64,000 nucleotides of DNA from contig NC_043001.1 of the NCBI RefSeq assembly GCF_006345805.1, forward strand, positions 26,474,001 through 26,538,000. The letters are read 5' to 3'. The position numbers were made by a program, and so were the translations under genes. Below the pieces are notes generated by a model. That model saw only the letters and a program-made list of their open reading frames with translations. It ran no database searches and had not been told where the DNA came from. Position 1 is the stretch's first letter, and each line of letters begins with the position of its first letter. Source of the stretch: Octopus sinensis (taxonomy: Eukaryota). Below are positions 1-13,000 of the stretch, piece by piece.

Positions 1-477
1 ATTCTAATGAAGTAATATTGAAAATTTACAAATTTTTAAAAGCATGAGATGAAGATTTCAAAACTGTAAAAATTATACATGATCTGGAATTAAGTTTCAT
101 TGTTAAAGAGTGACTACAAGACTAACAAATGGAAAAACATAGTTTTGATTCTTCTCTTTTTAAATCTAATCATTATAAATGATGTGCTTCCAATGTTGAT
201 TTTTAGATAATGAACATCATATCTGTTTACTTCACCGCATAGAGAGCATTTTCAAAATTATATGTCTAAAATGAAACAAATAAATGATTGAAACAAATAC
301 TATTTGGAAGTGGTCTGGAGTTCCAGGAAATGGTTTTTGACCAGAAGTGTTACGTACTCGATCAGGAGACGACAAAATTTATGTAACACTAAAATGTGAT
401 ATAAAAAATGGAATGCATAAGCTTAAAACCTAATTTAAAAGATGTGAATCAAAGCGGAATAGACAAAACAAGACAAG

Positions 478-700
478 TTAACCCATTAGCATTCAGATTA
501 CTCTGTCAAATGTATTACTTACATTGTTTTGAATTGATCATGCATTATCTGCATAGTGTCAGGATTTTGACGATGTAATTGTTTTATTTTTAGAATAACG
601 TTGTAGGATAGGTGTGACAGGTGGTATTTGGTGAGTTTGAATATAAAATAGGTAGAAGATTTTTGACTGGATATGGCTGGCTTAGATGCTAAAGGGTTAA
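478..700. mobile_element. piggyBac-like MITE (family also at 42897-43125 in opposite orientation)
   Basis: TTAA-CCCATTAG ... CTAAAGGG-TTAA termini; TTAA flanks are the piggyBac target site. Confidence 0.65.
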
Positions 701-943
701 TCAGTTGTTACATCTAAAATGTAGAGTTAGTCATGCTATAGAGATAGTACATTCGAATCAAGTGTGTACAAAACCATGTGCTTGGATCACCAGAAGTAAT
801 AGTATCTATACCTAAGAGACTTAATAACCAGGGAAAATGTGGCTACAAATGGCTAAGGAAAAAAAATCAAGACCAAGTAAATAGAGATCTGAAACTAACA
901 CTAAACAACATTATAGTAGAAAATAAACTGTTGTTTGACTTAC

Positions 944-1088
944 TTTTATATTTAAGAATATTCCAGAGCTTTGCAGTCCGTTATAACCATCTAAAGCAAG
1001 AGCAATGTAGTGAAGTACTTTTTCATATAATGCTATTGATTCCTTCCATTTCTTATCCATAGAGTATGAAAGAGCAATGTAGAAAGTC
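944..1088 (-). CDS. SRP68: SRP68 coding exon 9 (TFYIALSYSMDKKWKESIALYEKV...LNIK, 145 nt)
   Basis: tttcag acceptor, gtaagt donor; matches the F.IA.SY...KKW.E...LY..V region. Confidence 0.92.
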
Positions 1089-4000
1089 CTGAAATAAATG
1101 CATTAAATATGAAAAAGGACTCTAAAACTTGATTTTTGGCATTTTTGTGAGAGAAAAATTAATATGAAAATGAAATTGCTTTCTGATAAGAAAAAATTAA
1201 CCATCACCAAGTGTAGAGAAGAGTGTGTGTGGCAGTAAATTCTTAGGGGGTCAGGTCTGAAATAGGTCACTAATGCACTCGTGAAAGACATAATTCAATG
1301 ATTGTTTTTCATTTTCCTTCCTCTAAATTTTGACATGCCATGCTTGTGTAAGAAGTCAATGTTATATACATTCCCTATTGAAATGGTTAAGGTACTAAGT
1401 TTGGGATTCTGATTTTAACATTTCCACAAACATTTTTCTTAGACCAATCATTTGAAATGTCATCTAACCTGCTCTATTTTATGATATGAACAGAATAAAA
1501 AAGTTAAAATACATGCAAAATTGGAAAAAGATAGAAACACAAAAATCATCATCATAAATGTTTTACATCCATTTTCCATACAAGCATGGGTTGGATGGTT
1601 TTTCTGAGGCAGTATTTTATAGCCAAAAGTCTTTCCTACTACCAACCCTGTCAGTTGCTTCCTATTTCACACAGTGTACCTATTCTTAAAAAGTTTTAGA
1701 ATAGGTACATACAAGATCTGCATATGACAAGCTTTTATACAGTTTCTTCCTATCAAATTTCACCTATAGACATTGGCTAATCCAAAGCTATAGTAGAAGA
1801 CACTTGTCCAATGTGCTGCACAGTGGGACTGAATCTGGAAACAAATATTTGTGGAGCACACAGCCATGCTTATGTCTATAAATGAAGATTATGGTGGCCT
1901 TAATGTAGTTTTAACTCAAATTTTAAGAAGGTTGTAGAAGTGTTTCCTTTTGCTAGTTTCACATAGAGACACAAAAGCTTAAATTTTTTTAGACTGAAAA
2001 TGGAATATGTGACATTCATGCATAAACAACATAAATGAAGTGAAAAAGTTTGTGTCAGGATTCAAAAGTAAGCGATGGACTTGGCTCACTAGCAACTTAT
2101 CTTCTGCTCTAAGGCATAAATAACAAATAATTTCAATTTTATTCTTGTAAGGTCTTTCAAAACCTTATATGTGATATAATAAATTGCATAATTTTTCAAA
2201 CAATACTAGTTTACTAAAGACAAATTGGAATTCTAATTGTACATGAATAATCTATTTTTAAAAAAAAACATTGGAACATTTAACAAAAAACAGAAATTAC
2301 TTACCTAAAAGATTTGAAACTTTGAATTAATGTTTTAACTTCGTTAGATAATTTCATATCATCTTCAATTCCAGCTAGGTTAAAGATCTCATTTAAATTC
2401 TAAGAGGAAATATAAAAAATGTCATTAAAAGTTAAATTAAAAATTGAATTTTGCTATAACTGTTGATGCATAATAAATAAACAGAAGCTCTCAATACTCT
2501 TAATTAGTTCTAGTTTATTACTGAAAACTAGCAAAAATGCTGGCCATAGTATGGTTTGATTAATAATTATACTGGATAGTTCAGAAATACTGCATTAAAA
2601 TATTAATAGTGTCAAAACTAAATCAAAGAAAAATTATTTTCATTTGAATGAAGGTGTACAGGAAGAAATTAGTGTGTATAGCCTCATGTATCAGTGATTT
2701 ATTCATCACTGACCCAGGATAACATGGTATGCTCAATTGTGAACCATGTTACACTTATTACAGATAAACCTGTGATAACATGGGTCAGGGATCAGTCAGA
2801 GATTCTGGTTGTACTGCAGTTGTACTCCAGCAACCTACCCAAAATGCACTGACTATTGCTTGTATTTACATGACTAGACTATGAGGCTGCATCATCATCA
2901 TCCTCCCATAACATCTGTTTTCCATGCTGGCATGGGTTGGATGGTTTGACTGGAGCTGGCAAGCTAGAGAACGACACCAGGTTCCAGTCTATGACTGGTT
3001 GCCTTTCCTAATGCCAACCACTTTACAATGTGAGTTGGGTGCTTTTAACAAGGCAGATTTATGTATTTGAACTCATCAATGTGGGACCAGTGAACAGGAA
3101 AAATATGAAGGCACCTGATTCTAACAAACAATGCAGATGAGTGCATTCTGTATAGGAAAAGGTAGGGATGGTTAAGAAAATATGAAACAGCGGAAGCTTC
3201 CTTGATTTTGATACCAATGAATCTACCATTTGTTTCATTTACAAAGTGCACAGAGATGATTCATTTATTGTGTTCGTTTTGGAACCAAGCCCCATATTAA
3301 ACAAAGACAGATGTATATTAAGTGTAAATTGCATGAAAGAGACAAGAGAAGAAGAAAAGAAGAATACAGTAAACATGGTATGCACCCAATCCAATTGACA
3401 GTGAATTTTGCTGTCAAGAACTTGACTAGTAGATAACTTTTGAGGAAATAGTAAAAGGAAATTGACCAGAATATTTTGACCATTGATGACAGACAGAAGT
3501 ACATGTTCAAATTAGAAACATAACTTTTATCAAGTTAATGATTTCAGGGCTTATAAAAATGTAACAACCTGACAAATAATATAAGATGCAAATCTATGTA
3601 ATTTTTTTAACAAATGTTAATGAAACAGATAAATGATTTTAAGATAAAAATGGAAATAATTTTGTGGAACCAACCTGAATAATGATATCATAAAGCCGCA
3701 CCAAATCTTGAGGTTTGGTAACTTTTTTCCCATCTGGTATGGTTTTGTTAGGAAGATATTGTTTGAAGTTTTCAATAAGGAGAAGATTTCGTTCAATTGT
3801 TTTAGTAAGCCTGATATAAGTGAGGTAGGAGTGCAAATAATGCTGATTAGAAATCCTCACTTCAATGGTTTGACCACGCAATGCTGCCTTGAAGTTCTAT
3901 ACAGAAAAATATAAGGTTAGTGAAGCAAGAAGGAAAAAAACTAAACAAAAATTTATTACATTTGTAAAAATCACACATCTTTGATGAGCTCTTAAGAAAA

Positions 4001-7000
4001 CAAGCACAAATTGCTGGCAAATTTAGCTTGTAAATGGATGTTTAGGAAAAGCATGAATATCACAATACACATTGTATCTTTACCAAAACACTCAACCTGA
4101 TTCCTAACATACTGATATTTTGTTGCTGAGAAGGTAGAAACAAGTATCAATACAATAAGGTTTATATCTGGAAATGAATATGCTTCAAAAGAAAACTTAA
4201 TGCTTGCATGGTTCTGTCATATCTTCCATGGAGGCATTAGGTGCTTTTATGTGGTCACCCAAACCACTAGAAACAGCAGCCTACTCTTTTCTTCTTATTT
4301 CATTCATTTTCTATGTTGGTATGCATTGAATCATTTTTAAAATTACTATTTTATAGTCTAAAAGGAAGTTTGAAATGATGAGATGATTACAAGTGGAATG
4401 TTGATCATATATTTGCTCAATAGGGGTTGACCTAGGGTTAAGCAACAGCACTACCACCTGAGAATGAATATTTTGTCATTCTGAATTGTCTGCAACCTCT
4501 TTCCCAAAATCCTGGACCCCTTTCTCATCACTATGCCATATCTACTCCAATCCAAGTAATACATCCTATTTTTCTCTGAATATCCTGGTTCCTCGTGGGG
4601 AGCTTATCTGGATTGTTGTTATGTTGATTGTCCTTAAAAACTAATGTGCTGAAACACACCTCTACAATCCACAGGTATTTTAACAGGGACTTCAAAAACA
4701 TCCTTCAATGAATTCATAAGTTTTCAGCAATACTACAAAATGCAATAACTAGGAAACATTCTGGTGACTCATCCTCTCTAGTTATGAATATAAGACAAGG
4801 CTTTTATAGATGCTATAAATGTTAGGCCTAACAATATTAATATAACATATGTGTTTCTAAAACCACATCTTAAAGAGTAGGCTTCCTTATCATAGAAAAT
4901 ACTAGTCAGCTTTATTTAATTGATGAATTTTCAAATCAGACTCATTTTGGAGTACTGTCCATAAATTTGAGACAGTCAGGATGTTATGTATACCATTCGA
5001 GCGTGACCATTACTAGCGTCGCCTTACTGGCACTTATGCATCCAGCTGTAGAAACTGCCAAATCAAGATTGGAGCCTAGTGCAGCCATCTGGTTTGCCAA
5101 CCCTCAGTCAAAATCGTCCAACCCATGCTAGCATGGAAAGTGGATGTTAAACAATGAAAAGAGACTAGACTGCATCCAAAAGATTGGTAAAGATCTACTA
5201 AATAACATGCAACTAAGCAAATCTCAGACATACTGTTTTCTGTCCCTGCTTTGTCTACTTCAATTATCATGATCTCTGCTCCTCTGAACCAAACAGGTTT
5301 TTCAATCTTTCCACCCATATATTTTTCCAAAAGAAGTTCAAACTGAAGACCATCAACTGCATCCATCACACAAGTCTCATGCTGATGAGATTTCAAATTA
5401 CACCTTACTGTCTTACAAAAGAAACTCACTGGACAATATAGGCTAAGGTACACCATGCATGAAAAATGTGGGGATGATCATGGTTGGAATACTCCTAGGT
5501 CTGCTTGATAAAGATTGATTTGAACATCTAATCAGTCTGGGAGAGCTTTGCTGCTCCTTCTTTGACTAACCCATAAAGAAATAAATATGTTTAAATGAAT
5601 AGACTTTTACTAAACAAATATTAAACTGAAACAACTAAAATAAATTTGTAGATTATTTCCTTTTATGAGGAATGTTTACTAAGAGATAAATCAATATATT
5701 CTAAGCTATTCTTTGAAATTTAACGTTAAATGACAAAAAGTTTTCAAGTAAGTATTCAATTACCTGATCATCCTGTAATGCATCTCTGAGAACTTGTAAA
5801 GCATCTATACATTGTTTCAGTAAACTTTCAATAATAGACACTTTCCTATCAAAGCCTTCAGCTGTTTCTACTTGTTTAGAACTCTCTTGAAGGTTTAGCA
5901 AGAAAACTCGAACTTGCTCATTCTTCACAGGAACAGTGCGATTACGCCAAGTAACGTTAGAGAGAGTTGCAGCTTGTTTTTCACGAGTTTGAGAGAGAAG
6001 TTGCTGAAATAAAATAAAAAAGTAAAAAGCCAATTATCAAATATTTAAGAATTATTTTTCAATGATTTCTTAATCATTTGACAGTATCTGAAAGAAATGC
6101 TTAGAACAAAACTAAAGAAATACAAAATAATTAATACAAATATCATCAAAATGTGATTCAATGTCAGTATGAATTGATTGTTTTTACAATAAATTATTAA
6201 TTAATTTGGTTAACCACTAAGGGCACTAAGGGCGAATATCATAAGGGCACAGAAAGTGTCTAAAGCCAGCTGGAGACGATGATCTCCTGGGGCTAAAAGC
6301 TTCAGTAACACCCACCCTTAGTGGTTAGCCATCTAGTATACTTTACGTTGTCGAGCGGTTACTGCTTACATCTCGTTTAGAGATTTATTATTGCTTTATT
6401 AATTAATTGTTCAATTAATAATTATTATTTAATCAAAGAAAACAAAATTGTATGATAAGAAATATTTAGACAAGTTGTGTATGGTTGAAGTCAGTAAGAG
6501 TATAAAAAAAATAAAAGTAATATTTAAAATTCATTCTGAAACAAACGACTTATAGCCTCATTAAGATAAATAGTTCAAAATACTAACATCAAGATGTGCG
6601 AGTTGTGCATCCTGCCCAGATTCAAGTCTCATCCGCATGAGGTCCTTGATGGCGGATTCATCACCAATTCGGAAGCTACAATAACGGATATTAGGTGCTA
6701 CTTCAGACACCCGCTGAAGATACAGATCTTTTGTTTCATCTGTGAAGGCACTGGCCAACTTCGAGTAGATAGTCTCTGAATTAGTATAAAATTCAATAGC
6801 AGTTGCCCATCTTTCCAACTCAAATTCTAAAGTTCCTTTCATCCATGCTTGGTAACCCTAAAAGAAAAAAGCACATTAACATCAAAATTAAAAAACAAAA
6901 CAAAACAAACAAATAAAACCATAAGATGATAAATATTTTTCTCTTTTTCATCTTAACTAAGATATATATTAAAATTTTAATATTGTTGTATAGTGAAACT

Positions 7001-10000
7001 GTACATTCCTCCTGGTAAAGAAGTGGTAGTAGCCAGCCATTATAAATAGACCAGTAGTAAGTTGACAGAAAAAGGTCGAGAGTACATGTACACTGTGTTG
7101 ATAGTTGTATCTGTACTGATATAGTAATTATATTATGTTACTGAGTGGATGTTATAACAATCCAGCCTTTTGAGAATAATAATACTGTACGACTGGGGGT
7201 CATACAGTGCCAGACAGAAACATTCTGTTGATGGCTTCAGAATATAACAATATTTGTCAGAAGGACATATAAATATTTGTCAGAAAGACATATAACAGTG
7301 GCAAAAGACCACTTTACAACAAATATCAAAAATGTGACATGAAGTTAAAGACAATAATTCATATAAAAACAATAAATTCGTAATTCCTTTCTAGAAAGTA
7401 TCAAATATAGTATAAATTATTTTCCTAGTCCCCAAATAAGTTAATTATTAGTGGAATAATAATACTATATACTAAATGAAAAATCCTGCTGTTGTTGTCA
7501 TCTCTGCCCACTAAGCTCCAGGGCTTTGGTGTACCTAAGTCAGTAGGTGACCCCTTGACCTCACATAAATTTCTATTGCATGCATTATATAATTTGTACC
7601 TAACCCATAAGTATTTATACACGGTTGGTATGTTTGTAGATAATTCAGTTGTGATGGATAAATATCAAAAACAGTATCCATTTCTTTGCAAAGTGTAGTT
7701 TTGATCTACAGACTTCTGGGTTATGGGTCTAGCACACTTCTACTGCACCACTTTGGTTAACAAAAATTTTAGCAAATATATGATGGATTATTTCTCATAT
7801 CTTTAGTTCTAGGTTACATTACTTGTATTACATCAGCAATCATATGTTATTTATTTATCATTTCTTTCTATGCATTTGACCATTTGAGATACACAAAATA
7901 TAGTAACTATAATAACCAATCCTGCAACACTATGATGTTAACTGATTCAGTGAAAAGCGACATTTCAGTCTGCTGATATTCCAAGAGTCACATTTAACAA
8001 ACTACATGCATAGATTGCTGTGCTGCAAATTTTTGTAGGTGTCACCTCATTTGCTATTTTCAAATCAGTCAGAAGCAAATCATCATCATCATCATTTAAC
8101 GTCCGTTTTCCATGCTAGCATGGGTTGGACGATTTGACTGAGGTCTGGCAAACCAGATGGCTGCACCAAACTCCAATCTGATCTGGCAGAGTTTCTACAG
8201 CTGGATGCCCTTCCTGACGCCAACCACTCCGAGAGTGCAGTGGGTGCTTTTACGTGCCACGGGCACGAGGGCCAGTCAAGCGCAATTCTTTAAATGTTTC
8301 CTCAGTGCAGCATAGTAGGCAAACTTGCCAGTGCTTTAGAAAACAAGGGGGAAAGCTGACCTCTCCCTGAATTTAGATAGCACTATGAATCTTTAGGCAT
8401 AACTTTAAATTTAGCAAACAAATATAAGCAAACTAAGAATAAGGAGATATAAATTTACACACCTGGGCTTCAAGTTTAGTTCGGGCATCACATTTAGTAC
8501 TACCACAAAGTTTTGCTAAATCATCGGCGTGGTTTACAGCTTTTTTCAAACGAGACAACATATGAAACTGTTTCCTATGTTCTGTGTTAGCTTCAGCTTT
8601 CAGCTGCATGAAATAACCCCATGCTCTTTCAGCAGCGAAAAGAGGAAGATGTAGATATCTGGAAATAAAACGGATAAATATAAATGCCAAAAAGCTAAAT
8701 ATATATTAGTATCATTTACATAACAATACTCTTTATGGAGCACCACCTTTAGTCGAACAAATCGACCCCGGGACTTATTCTTTGTAAGCCCAGTACTCAT
8801 TCTATTGCTCTCTTTTGCTGAACTGCTAAGTTATGGGGACGTAAACACACCACCATGCGGTTGTCAAGCAATGGTGGGGACACACAAACATACACACACA
8901 CACACACATATATACAATGGGCTTCTTTCAGTTTCCGTCTACCAAATCCACTCACAAGGCTTTGGTCGGCCCGAGGCTATAGTAGAAGACACTTGCCCAA
9001 GAGGCCACGCAGTGGGACTGAACCCAGAACCATGTGGTTGGTAAGCAAGCTACTTACCACACAGCCACTCCTGTGCCTATAGATAAACAGTTTTACTATA
9101 TCCGTCTCTGTCTGTATGCTGCACATCATCAGCATCAACTTTCTAAGTACTTACAAAACTCACAAATTTGAAGAACAAATATAAATAAAATATAACTCCA
9201 CATAGTTTTTTTTAACTTGCTGGGATTGGATGAACAGGTAGTGCCCAGGGCCTCTGCAGGCCATTTTTGCTTTATTATTATTATCTATTTATTCTTTTTG
9301 GGGGAGGGGGCCAGTCGATTAGATCAACCTCAGTACGCAACTTGTACTTAATTTATCGATCCCAAAGGATGAAAGGCAAAGTCAACCTTAGTGGAATATA
9401 AAGACAAACGAAATATCACGAAGCATTTTGCCCAGTGTGCTGACGTTTCTGCCAGCTTGCTGCCTTACTATTACCTGTTTATTTCTAAACTATTTGTTTT
9501 CTTTATCATTATTGAATCAAATGAAACAGAAATACAATGACCATCTTGAATTTTATCTTTCAGATAATTATTTAACAATAGCGAGGTCGTTGCCAGTGCC
9601 GCTGGACTAGCTCCTGTGCAGGTGGCACATAAAAAGCACCATTTGAGTGTGGCCGCTACTAGTACCATTTGACTGGCCCTCGTGCCGGTGGCACATAAAA
9701 AGCACCCACTACACTCCCGGAGTGGTTGGCGTTAGGAAGGGCATCCAGCTATAGAAACTCTGCCAGATCAGATTGGAGTCTGGTGCAGCCATCTGGTTTG
9801 CCAGTCCTCAGTCAAATCGTCCAGCCCATGCTAGCATGGAAATCGGATGTTAAACGATAAACGATGATGTTTCAAAATTTAACTATAATTAACTATGTTT
9901 CTGTCTGTAAGACTGAAATCTATTGTATATATATTTTATGGTACTCAGCAGTTGTGAGATTAATGCATTGAATTACTAATGCAGCACTTAAAATATCAAC

Positions 10001-13000
10001 ATTTGAGAATATTTATTGCCAACATAGTAAACTAAGCATCAAGTACAAAAGGAAGTGATGGATAAATAACATAATGATGATAATATTTACCGGATATCAA
10101 CCAACATATCATTGGTGATTTTTTTAGAAACAACTTTATGCTTGCTTCCCTGGGGAAAATGGAGAGACTTTCGTATGCGACGGAGTCGGCGGCTACAATA
10201 GCTCCTGTAAAGTAGAAGATAATTGAAACATCAATGACATGTACCATTTGAAAAAGAGATTTCTTCCTGAAACACAAAAATATGTTTTGTAAAAGGAATG
10301 TTATAACAAAGAATAAAGGTCAAACACAACATTATTTGAACTGAGAATCGAGGATGAAAAGTTGTAATATATTTAATAACATATCGTGGCCGTTCGCCAG
10401 CCTCATCTGGCACCTGTGTCGGTGGCACATAAAAACACCATCCGAGCGTGGCCGTCTGCCAGCCTCGTCTGGCACCTGTGTCGGTGTCACATAAAAAACA
10501 CCATCCGAGCGTGGCCGTTCGCCAGCCTCGTCTGGCACCTGTGTCGGTGGCACATAAAATCACCCACTACACTCTCGGAGTGGTTGGCGTCAGGAAGGGC
10601 ATCCAGCTGTAGAAACACTGCCAGATCTGACTGGCCTGGTGCAGCCTTCGGGCTCCCCAGACCCCAGTTGAACCGTCCAACCCATGCTAGCATGGAAAGC
10701 AGACGTTAAATGATGATGATGATGTTCTACAGTCCAGACCATCTCTATTATTCTTAAAAGAAATATTGATTTCTGATTTAGATAAAAGCTAGATTTTTGT
10801 AAGAGAGTGGACTGTAGTTAACTGCAATGTATCACTGGAAATAATAATTTTGATGAATGGGACTAAATACCGAAAAGTAAATTGTTTAGCGCTATTGCTT
10901 CTGCCAACTTGCATTAAAAACATACATAAATTTAAATCAAACATTTAACAATGATTTCAGCCAATGCTTTAATGTTGAATCTGTGCCTTTGGAATTTTTT
11001 AGATGTGAATCTAAGCTTTGTAAATTATGATTTAGTTTTAAAATATTTCTTTTCAATCAATACCATTTTATATTCATCAATTTGATGAAATTAAAATAAC
11101 CATTTTCATAAGAACTCATCTTGGTTATATATACGACTAGCATGACTTTTTAAAAATCTTTTACTTGCTTCAGTCATTGAACTGTGGAGCCAAACTGGGG
11201 AACCACCTTCAAAGGTTTCATTGAACAAATCAACCCCAGTACTTATTTATCGAAATCGATCAACATCAATGGAAATTGTAGCTGTGATACCAGTGCCGGT
11301 GGTACGTAAGAGAACCATCCGAACGTGGCTGTTGCCAGCGCCACCCCGACTGGCCTCCGTGCCGGTGGCACGTAAAAAGCACCATCCGATTGTGGCCGTT
11401 GGCATGTAAAAAGCACCATCCGATTGTGACCGTTTGCTAGCCTCGTCTGACACATGTGCCGGTGGCACGTAAAAAGCACCCACTACACTCACGGAGTGGT
11501 TGGCGTTAAGAAGGGCATCCAGCCGTAGAAACATTGCCAGATCAGACTGGGCCTGGTGCAGCCTTCTGGCTTCCCAGACCCCAGTTGAACCATCCAACCC
11601 ATGCTAGCATGGAAAGCGGACGCTAAACGATGATGATGATGATACTTATTCTATCAGTCTCTTTTGGAAAAGTACTAAGTTACAGAGACCTAGAAAAAAC
11701 CCAACACCAGTAGCAGAGGGGTGTGTGTATGAACAAACCTATATACATACGTGTGTATGTATGTATACATTCACAATGAGCTTCCACTCAGCATCCGTCT
11801 ACCAAATTCACTCACAAGGCATTGGCTAGACTGGGGCTATAATAGAAAGTGTCCAAGGTGCTGCACAGTGGAACTGAACCAGAAATCACATGGTTGTAAA
11901 GCAAGCTTCTTTACAGTCATGCCTGTGCTTATACAACTATATATTTTTTTATTCTTTTACTTAGTTTTAGTTATTGCACTGCAGCCATATATAAAATTAA
12001 ATCTAAATTAGATCAATGTTTTGAATATAAGGAACTGGTATTTTTAAAACTGAGGATTTGGTGTAAAATTATATAATTTATACACTGAAAGTAGAAAGTG
12101 ACTTCTGTAAATATATTTTGAGCCTATCTAGCAAAATAATGAAAATTAATTTTACCTATAACGTTGATAATCTCCATGTCTAAGGCCATGTTGCTGTTGG
12201 GCTTCTTTAATTATCTGTAAAACTGAAGATTAATATTCTCATAAGTAAAAGTTTGAAGTTACATGCACAGAATTTCAAGCAAAAAATATTTTCCAAAATG
12301 TCAATTTACATTATGAACATTCTATTTTGCAATACCTCTATATTCCTATCTGCTAACATTTTTATATGAATTTAAATATATAAATACGCATACACACATA
12401 TGTATTAATGTGCTCGAGTTGTCAAAAGTGAGAATTGTATTAATCTTTTTGATACCAAACTACCTGAGACACCTTGATACTATGATACAAACACTATGTT
12501 TTAAAGCAGTCATGGGCAAATTGGCAGGTGGGACTTTCTGAATGGTATGCCAATGAAGAATCACCTTGATTATTTTTAGTAGCATGGCCCATCTGATGAT
12601 AAGCCAAATCCCATGTGGAGCACTGCATCCTTCAAAACTTCCATGCTTCCTGAGATTCGCCAACACTACACCTGATTTTCCCCCCTCCATACACATGCAA
12701 GCATGTATCTGACTCATACACTGTTCACTTCCCAGACATTTGTACATCACTGCATATACTTTATATGCACTTTTGACAAGTTGTGGTGCACCTGAGCACT
12801 GTATACAATAATTTCATTATTATTATTATAAAACATTTCATGTTATGTTCCAAACACCAGCTTAATAATGACAAAATTATTTTATTAAATTCTTCATCAT
12901 TTTCAAAATTAACCGAGACAAAGTCAGTGTCTTTTAACAGAAATATAAAAGCAAGAGGGTTAATTACAGAAAATGCATTCATAACATCCATAAACTTCTT

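Noticed and set aside
241-420. Candidate next SRP68 exon
   Set aside because: No minus-strand phase-0 frame between plausible splice sites is open or resembles the expected downstream SRP68 peptide.
10231-11597. Cluster of 60-116 aa ORFs (similar ORFs at 15930, 23278, 26570, 28845, 39517, 44426, 54198, 57821)
   Set aside because: All are chance translations of the same GC-richer RTE-tail repeat.
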